A DNA stretch of 42,356 nt from a virus (lineage: Duplodnaviria > Caudoviricetes), in IMG/VR virus record IMGVR_UViG_3300032257_000035, positions 1 through 42,356 of that record; one strand, 5' to 3'. Below, in pieces: positions 37,006 through 42,356 of this stretch. The notes beneath the pieces were generated by a model. The model had not been told where the DNA came from and ran no database searches. It saw only the letters and a list, made by a program, of their open reading frames with translations. Position 1 is the stretch's first letter. Every line of letters starts with the position of its first letter. Position numbers and translations under genes: made by a program.

Positions 37006-37281
37006 ATGAAAATATTATTTACATTGTTATTAATGCTTATTGCTACACCTGCGAATGCAGAAGGATGGTATGCAACGGCGGGCATTGCAGTGCATTCAAA
37101 CCATGATACCATCGGATATGAGGGTAAGGGGGTGGAATTCAATACTGATGGGCCACTTGGCATTCTTGATTTTGGTTATAACCACAAAGGGCTGTTAATC
37201 GGTATTGAGCATATCAGCTCAATACCCAACAAAAGAGATCGCGGCATTAACTTGTTATACCTTAAGGTTACGCTATTTTAA
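37006..37281 (+). CDS. Small secreted outer-membrane beta-strand protein
   Basis: Signal peptide ending ANA, alternating beta strands, C-terminal Phe. Confidence 0.6.
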   Translation: MKILFTLLLMLIATPANAEGWYATAGIAVHSNHDTIGYEGKGVEFNTDGPLGILDFGYNHKGLLIGIEHISSIPNKRDRGINLLYLKVTLF

Positions 37282-37313
37282 AAAGTTACAGCTTTAAACG
37301 CAATTAATATCTC

Positions 37314-37354
37314 GCACTGTATCGGACGATACATTACTTAAACAAAACTATGTT
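37314..37354 (+). promoter_or_regulatory. Late promoter motif 3 (lysis operon)
   Basis: GCACTGTATCGGACGAT + 18 nt + TATGTT. Confidence 0.7.
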
Positions 37355-37386
37355 ATATATTTGCAACCCAATGGCACATATACAGC

Positions 37387-37566
37387 ATGGATAAAAAACC
37401 AAACGAAGTTGAAAAGCAACAAGCCAAAGCGGTTGTTGATGAATTAATTGCACGCTTTGATGCGTCACTAGGGCGCGGCATTCGCAAACGTATTGTTATT
37501 GCGCTTATTGTAATTGGTTCATATCTTATTTACATTGCTAGCGGCTTTAAGTTCCCTCATGCCTAA
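37387..37566 (+). CDS. Single-TM lysis-module protein (59 aa, absent from the ORF track)
   Basis: MDKKPNEVEKQQAK...RIVIALIVIGSYLIYIASGFKFPHA*. Confidence 0.6.
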   Translation: MDKKPNEVEKQQAKAVVDELIARFDASLGRGIRKRIVIALIVIGSYLIYIASGFKFPHA

Positions 37567-38050
37567 TGCGCCAAAAATTGGGCTGGATATAAAGCAAGTT
37601 AAAAACTTAATTGTTTCCCCTGTTTTAAAAAAAATAAATCTTTACTCCGAAAGTGCGGTTAACTTAATTATTGGTACTGCGGCACAAGAATCACAATTTA
37701 AATATATTAAACAAATTGGTGGCGGGCCTGCATTGGGATTATTCCAAATGGAGCCCAACACTCATGATGATATATGGGATAACTACCTTGCGTATAGAAA
37801 AGACTTAGCGAGTAAGGTGCGAGCACTTGCAACGCAGAAGTTATTTTTTGACCATGCCGCCGATGAAATGATTGGTAATATTTATTATGCCGCGGCCATG
37901 TGCCGCATTCATTACTTACGCGCGCCCATGGCTTTACCCGATGCCGATGATATTGAAGGCATGGCTAATTATTGGAAAACATTTTACAACACCGTTCACG
38001 GTGCTGGCACCGTTGACGAGTTTATAAGGCATTACCCCCGTGGCTACTAG
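37559..38050 (+). CDS. Endolysin (lysozyme/transglycosylase-like fold)
   Basis: GTAAQES, GPALGLFQME, YWK..YNT; position in the lysis cassette (ORF track starts at 37514). Confidence 0.75.
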   Translation: MPNAPKIGLDIKQVKNLIVSPVLKKINLYSESAVNLIIGTAAQESQFKYIKQIGGGPALGLFQMEPNTHDDIWDNYLAYRKDLASKVRALATQKLFFDHAADEMIGNIYYAAAMCRIHYLRAPMALPDADDIEGMANYWKTFYNTVHGAGTVDEFIRHYPRGY

Positions 38051-38342
38051 TATTAACATTGCCTATATAGCTTATACATTAATAATGTTGGTAGGCGGCT
38101 CAATACATTTGCTTGGCACGTTAATGGAAGAAAGCAGCGCGTTAGGTCGCAGAGTTGGCATAAAAGAGTACCGTGCGAACCACCCGTACAAGTTAACACT
38201 CGGTTTTTTTACTTCCATTGCTTGTTTAATTTTATTTTATAGTATGGACCAACTTAATATTGTTAGTGCGTTCTTAGCCGGTTATGCCGGCGATTCAATT
38301 GTTAAAAAAATTGCTAATACCACGCAATGGGGAGCACGATAA
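38040..38342 (+). CDS. Putative holin
   Basis: 100 aa, 2-3 hydrophobic segments, AFLAGYAG. Confidence 0.6.
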   Translation: MATSINIAYIAYTLIMLVGGSIHLLGTLMEESSALGRRVGIKEYRANHPYKLTLGFFTSIACLILFYSMDQLNIVSAFLAGYAGDSIVKKIANTTQWGAR

Positions 38343-38683
38343 TGCAAGCATATATTATCGCCGCTATAGTAGGCGTCGGCGTTTTAAGTAGTTACTTTAG
38401 TTATGATTATGGTGGGGCCGAATGTGTTAATGATTACCTGGTTAACAGCACCCAAAGTGCGCAAGCGTTTCAAACTGAAATGCGCAGCATACGCAAACAA
38501 AGCCAAAAAGAAATTAATGACGCTCGAATTAATGCAAGGCTGTACAAAACAAAAGTTGACGCATTAACCCGCAAAGCGTTAAAGACTAACCCTGAATTTA
38601 AGGCGTACTATGATGCCCCTGTACACGATGAAGCGCTTGCCATTATTTTTGGCGATAACACCTATAGCAATATTACTAAGTAG
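38342..38683 (+). CDS. Inner-membrane spanin (Rz-like)
   Basis: N-terminal TM segment plus coiled coil. Confidence 0.7.
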   Translation: MQAYIIAAIVGVGVLSSYFSYDYGGAECVNDYLVNSTQSAQAFQTEMRSIRKQSQKEINDARINARLYKTKVDALTRKALKTNPEFKAYYDAPVHDEALAIIFGDNTYSNITK

Positions 38684-38894
38684 TTGCGGCACCGTACCCA
38701 TTGCGGTGCCGCGACCTTGTGATATTAACGGCAGCTATATACAGCCGCTTTATTTTCCTGCTCGACCACCGGGCGAAGTATTAAACTCCGATTTAATTAC
38801 CATTATGCAAATATTGCGTACGGATATTGAACACGATAATTTAATTAAAAATAAAGTATTGCTGCAGATAGATAAGTGCAATAACCCAAATTAG
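38628..38894 (+). CDS. Outer-membrane spanin lipoprotein (Rz1-like)
   Basis: MKRLPLFLAITPIAILLSSC lipobox, Pro-rich, overlaps the i-spanin. Confidence 0.75.
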   Translation: MKRLPLFLAITPIAILLSSCGTVPIAVPRPCDINGSYIQPLYFPARPPGEVLNSDLITIMQILRTDIEHDNLIKNKVLLQIDKCNNPN

Positions 38895-39181
38895 TTTTTA
38901 GTTAATTCACTTTTACGGTATTTATTTTTGAGCTCTTTGAGTATTTTTTTATTTTCACTCAAACCTAAAACATACCCCGAGCTGGCACTAACAGCCGTTA
39001 TACCAACTACAGCCAACACTGTAACCACTAAGCTTTGTATTTTTAATTTTGTATGATGTTTGGGTGTTGGTGTTTTTTTTATAATTAAGCTTTCTAGTCC
39101 TTCGCGCATTGATTGCGCTACTGGATTATTTTCAATGACTTGAAAGTCGATACTTGTTTGTTTGTTTTTATGTACTGTCAT
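38891..39181 (-). CDS. Single-TM hypothetical protein
   Basis: Hydrophobic LVVTVLAVVGITAV; ATG 39181. Confidence 0.55.
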   Translation of the reverse strand: MTVHKNKQTSIDFQVIENNPVAQSMREGLESLIIKKTPTPKHHTKLKIQSLVVTVLAVVGITAVSASSGYVLGLSENKKILKELKNKYRKSELTKN

Positions 39182-39399
39182 GCTACCCACCTAATGACGT
39201 TAAGCGCGTCCGTGCAATACGTTTTCCTACCTCCACCAAGATTGGTGATGTAGTCATTAAATTATTAAACGGTATAAAATGCAAGGTTTAATGGGGTTTT
39301 TGGTATTATTTCACATTCTTATACCTGAAATATAACTGGTAACTTTGAAAATTATAATATTTATTGTGGTTACATACATAGAATATTAATTATAATTGC

Positions 39400-39951
39400 T
39401 TACTTAGTGTTGCCCCATACAATATTATAAAATTCCTTGAAGGGCTTTGGTAGGTACGTTTTATAGTTTTGGTAGGTGTAATTTATATCTCCATCAATAT
39501 AGGTTCGTAGTAAGTGCAATCTATAGCCGCCTTCTTTGCCGTTCGCTATTTTCAGTATTTGTTTTTTTGTTATAATAAAGTCTTTTTCTGAAATGTTTTT
39601 ACGTATTATTGGGTTGTATGCTAGACCGCCAAAATCAGATGGTTGAACAGGCTTTAATACAAGCTTATCACCGTCTATTATAATTTCTAGGCTCTCACTT
39701 CGACTAAAATTAGCTGCTCTTTTCATTTGCACCACTAACCGCGCATGATCACCATATTTACCTTCCCAATAAAGGCCAAATTCAGGGTAGCCTGCACCGT
39801 GATTAGCTAATGCCGGCGTCATTCTAACCACTTTAGATTTATCAAACTTAGATATGTCGGTGTTTATCGTGCCGCGCTTACTTAATACTGCATCTAGTGT
39901 GGTACAAGCCGATAAAAGGGTAAGTAGTAGCAGTAGTATTATATTTTTCAT
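39400..39951 (-). CDS. Lipoprotein downstream of cI
   Basis: MKNIILLLLLTLLSAC lipobox; AAGGA RBS. Confidence 0.75.
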   Translation of the reverse strand: MKNIILLLLLTLLSACTTLDAVLSKRGTINTDISKFDKSKVVRMTPALANHGAGYPEFGLYWEGKYGDHARLVVQMKRAANFSRSESLEIIIDGDKLVLKPVQPSDFGGLAYNPIIRKNISEKDFIITKKQILKIANGKEGGYRLHLLRTYIDGDINYTYQNYKTYLPKPFKEFYNIVWGNTK

Positions 39952-39992
39952 TTACCATCCTTGTACTATTTTAATTTTATAGATGAATATAA

Positions 39993-40454
39993 TCACGCTG
40001 TCATTCGCCGCGTTTCAATTAATGTTTTTGCCATTTTTGGGTCCAAATGATGCGTGTCGAGCCCATAATGATAGAGCGGTATCGCCATTTCCAATACGGT
40101 TAATGGGTTATTTTTATGCCCCAATACTTCCCCTTGTTCAAGTATCATTTTAAAAGCATCAATCAATAATGGGATGTCCATGGGGGTGTTAGCGGCCTCT
40201 TGTATACGCGGACCAGCGCCATTAATTAGCCATTCTAGTGTTATTCCGGTATCGCCGGAGAGTTTAGCCATTGAGTCTAAGCTTGGTGCAGCACCATTCG
40301 GCCTACACCAGCCCGTTACAGTTGGCCCCGATAAACCACGCAAGCGAGCATACTCAACCCGCTTGTTATAACCAGCATAATCTAAGGCAAAAGCAATGCG
40401 TTCGGCATACTTATTGTTAGGCTCTGCTTTCGTTTCGGTGTTATTAGTAGGCAT
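39993..40454 (-). CDS. CI-like XRE-family repressor
   Basis: HTH ..GLSGPTVTGW..PSL..ITLEWLINGAGP; divergent from cro. Confidence 0.8.
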   Translation of the reverse strand: MPTNNTETKAEPNNKYAERIAFALDYAGYNKRVEYARLRGLSGPTVTGWCRPNGAAPSLDSMAKLSGDTGITLEWLINGAGPRIQEAANTPMDIPLLIDAFKMILEQGEVLGHKNNPLTVLEMAIPLYHYGLDTHHLDPKMAKTLIETRRMTA

Positions 40455-40460
40455 AGCCTT

Positions 40461-40466
40461 ATTATA
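40461..40466 (-). promoter_or_regulatory. -10 element of a PRM-like cI promoter
   Basis: Perfect TATAAT 6 nt upstream of the cI ATG. Confidence 0.55.
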
Positions 40467-40502
40467 CGCAATTAGTATTATTAAAATAATTAAAATGTAA
40501 TG

Positions 40503-40531
40503 TTGATCTATCTTAAAATAAGTGCTACCTT
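40503..40531 (+). promoter_or_regulatory. PR-like early promoter
   Basis: TTGATC-17 nt-TACCTT upstream of cro. Confidence 0.5.
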
Positions 40532-40576
40532 TCTTTTATGCAGGAAAATAAATGAAATCAACATTTCGGTGAAAGC

Positions 40577-40810
40577 ATGAATTTAGACGAATATTTTAAA
40601 TCTGAGAAACTCAAAAAGTGCCTAGGCGATACAATGGCTAAAATGGCTATGCGCCGTGGTGTTGCCCCTGCAAGTATTCGCGGATGGCGGCATGGTGAGG
40701 GTATCTCGCTTGAAAATGCTTTCTGGGTAGAAACAGACACTAACAGCCAAGTTACCGCACGTGAAATTAACGAATTCCAAAAACGACTAAAACAGGATTC
40801 TGCCGCATGA
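40577..40810 (+). CDS. Cro-like HTH protein
   Basis: MNLDEYF..AKMA..GVAPASIRGWRHG..T..QVT; divergent from cI. Confidence 0.75.
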   Translation: MNLDEYFKSEKLKKCLGDTMAKMAMRRGVAPASIRGWRHGEGISLENAFWVETDTNSQVTAREINEFQKRLKQDSAA

Positions 40811-41568
40811 AAATGATCGGCTACATTCGCGTAAGCACCGATGACCAGGCGAAAGAGGGTAAAAGCCTTTCGATTCAAGGTTTGCAGATAAATCATTATT
40901 GCGATTTGCATGGCCATAGCCTTGATTTTGTTTTTATCGACTTTGGCGTGAGCGCATCGATTGAGCTGCAGAAACGGCCTGCCGGCCAAGCCATGATGAC
41001 CGCCATTAAAGATAAAGATATTGACGGCATTGTATTCCAACGTTTTGATCGCATGTTTCGCATTGCCGCCGACGGCTTAATTACCGGCGGCCGATTAATT
41101 AAATGCGGCATAGCGGTGCAATCGATTAATGAAGGCGTAAACATTAATACCACTGCCGGTTGGTTGGTTTTTACCATGATGCTGGGCACCGCCGAGTATG
41201 AACGCAATAAAATTATTGATCGGGCACGCGAAGTAACCGCCGGACTGAAAAAACAAAACAAAGTATGGGGCCATGTGCCATATGGCTGCATTGAATATGG
41301 TCGCAAGGTTTATCGCTGCCAAGCTACCTGGCCGATGCGCGAGTGGATACAAGAAATGCGCGACACGCAAAAACTTACCTTTAACGCCATTACAAAAATA
41401 TTGTTTAAAAATAAAATTGAAGCACCTAAAGGTGGGCATGAATGGCATGCCAGTACGGTAATGGGTTTGTGTAATTCGTTCCATGCTCACAAGGTTATAC
41501 CAATGCTTGGTTCATACAACGAAACGGTTGTTTCAAACAATTTACAGCACTCTTATACAACTAAATAA
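40807..41568 (+). CDS. Serine recombinase (resolvase catalytic domain plus short recombinase domain)
   Basis: GYIRVSTDDQ, D.GVSA..RP, DRMFR, AEYER..I..R, G.VPYG. Confidence 0.92.
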   Translation: MKMIGYIRVSTDDQAKEGKSLSIQGLQINHYCDLHGHSLDFVFIDFGVSASIELQKRPAGQAMMTAIKDKDIDGIVFQRFDRMFRIAADGLITGGRLIKCGIAVQSINEGVNINTTAGWLVFTMMLGTAEYERNKIIDRAREVTAGLKKQNKVWGHVPYGCIEYGRKVYRCQATWPMREWIQEMRDTQKLTFNAITKILFKNKIEAPKGGHEWHASTVMGLCNSFHAHKVIPMLGSYNETVVSNNLQHSYTTK

Positions 41569-41580
41569 AGGGGTAGGCCA

Positions 41581-41763
41581 ATGGCACTAAAAGTAAAAGA
41601 CAGAAAAATTGGATTATGCGAGGGGTGGTGTGGATGTGTTGACCACAACTTAGTTGATGGCCTTTGTGCACACTGCCGCAAGCGTACTAAAACCATTGTT
41701 GCTAGCAATACTGTATTGAATGCAACAAACATTAGTAAGCCTTTAAGTTTGGCGGGCTGTTAA
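41581..41763 (+). CDS. Small zinc-finger protein
   Basis: CEGWC..LCAHC; AGGGG RBS. Confidence 0.55.
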   Translation: MALKVKDRKIGLCEGWCGCVDHNLVDGLCAHCRKRTKTIVASNTVLNATNISKPLSLAGC

Positions 41764-42056
41764 TGGATTTAATTATTACGTCGGCACCCTTATTTTTATC
41801 GTCTTTGGCGTTAATTTTTTTGCTGGGCTTGCAGCAACAAAATGTTACTGCGCAATGGCATGGTTATAGTTTTTTAACATCGTTCGGTATTGCCGGCGCA
41901 CAAATTTTTTTTATTAAAAGCACTGTTTCAACGGATTTGTGGGTGGGTGTATTGGCGATGGGGTTAGGTAGTGCAATTGGTGCATCGGCTTCGATAGTGG
42001 TGCACAATTTTTTACGCCGCCGTAAATCCGTGATTGGTAAAATAATAAATTATTAA
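41763..42056 (+). CDS. Small 3-TM membrane protein
   Basis: Three hydrophobic segments; LGSAIGA. Confidence 0.65.
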   Translation: MDLIITSAPLFLSSLALIFLLGLQQQNVTAQWHGYSFLTSFGIAGAQIFFIKSTVSTDLWVGVLAMGLGSAIGASASIVVHNFLRRRKSVIGKIINY

Positions 42057-42067
42057 AAGGCTCAGAA

Positions 42068-42356
42068 ATGACCACCAGAAATAAAACAATAAAACAATAC
42101 GTTGATGCTTATACGCATGAAACAAATGTTAGTGAGGCAACTTTTGCCGACATGGTTGTTAGTTTGTATGCGTGCAACATTAAAGAAGTTGATCGCACAA
42201 TAAAATTTCATATGAATGGCGATGCCTATAATGATATGCGCGCCAATGCACAAATTTTGCGCCGGTTCTTTAATGGTGAAACGCGTTTACCCTGCGAGAT
42301 TGAAGAGTCAATCGTATTGGCGTTACCCGTTCCATGGCGTGAAAGCCTGCTGCAGG
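42068..42356 (+). CDS. CII-like protein, 5' part (continues into 33-518)
   Basis: MTTRNKTIKQYVDAYTHETNVSEATFAD-MVVSLY reads in frame into the first ORF. Confidence 0.7.
   Translation, partial: MTTRNKTIKQYVDAYTHETNVSEATFADMVVSLYACNIKEVDRTIKFHMNGDAYNDMRANAQILRRFFNGETRLPCEIEESIVLALPVPWRESLLQ
42120..42356. repeat. Terminal direct repeat / circular assembly overlap, copy 2
   Basis: Matches 1-237. Confidence 0.95.

Noticed and set aside
37371-37394. 7-codon uORF (MAHIQHG) overlapping the first lysis gene start
   Set aside because: Too short to distinguish from chance.

Overview
This window is an apparently complete, circularly assembled temperate siphovirus-like genome of about 42,119 bp; bases 1-237 are repeated at 42120-42356 with one mismatch. 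The host is probably a gammaproteobacterium, inferred from the spanins, a dif-like site and SSB ending in DFDDDISF. Modules in circular order: cI/cro switch; early operon (serine recombinase, CII-like protein, tyrosine recombinase, DnaN clamp, GemA-like protein, SSB, methyltransferase, HNH); a reverse-strand XerC/D-like recombinase beside a dif-like site; a lambda O-type initiator with internal iterons plus DnaC; a third tyrosine recombinase coupled to a Mor-family activator; a radC/korC-like cassette; terminase; portal-gpF fusion; an accessory beta-helix/fibre block; capsid, tail and lysis genes. The most unusual element is the recombination toolkit: three XerC/D-like tyrosine recombinases with all catalytic motif residues present plus a serine recombinase, each tied to a different module. 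It comes with a 28-bp dif-like site that keeps the XerD arm and central hexamer but has a rewritten XerC arm. Mu-type GemA and Mor genes occur without any transposase. A 17-bp motif recurs before all three late operons, and a KorC-type operator sits in the radC promoter. All product calls come from recognising motifs by eye; no database searches were run.
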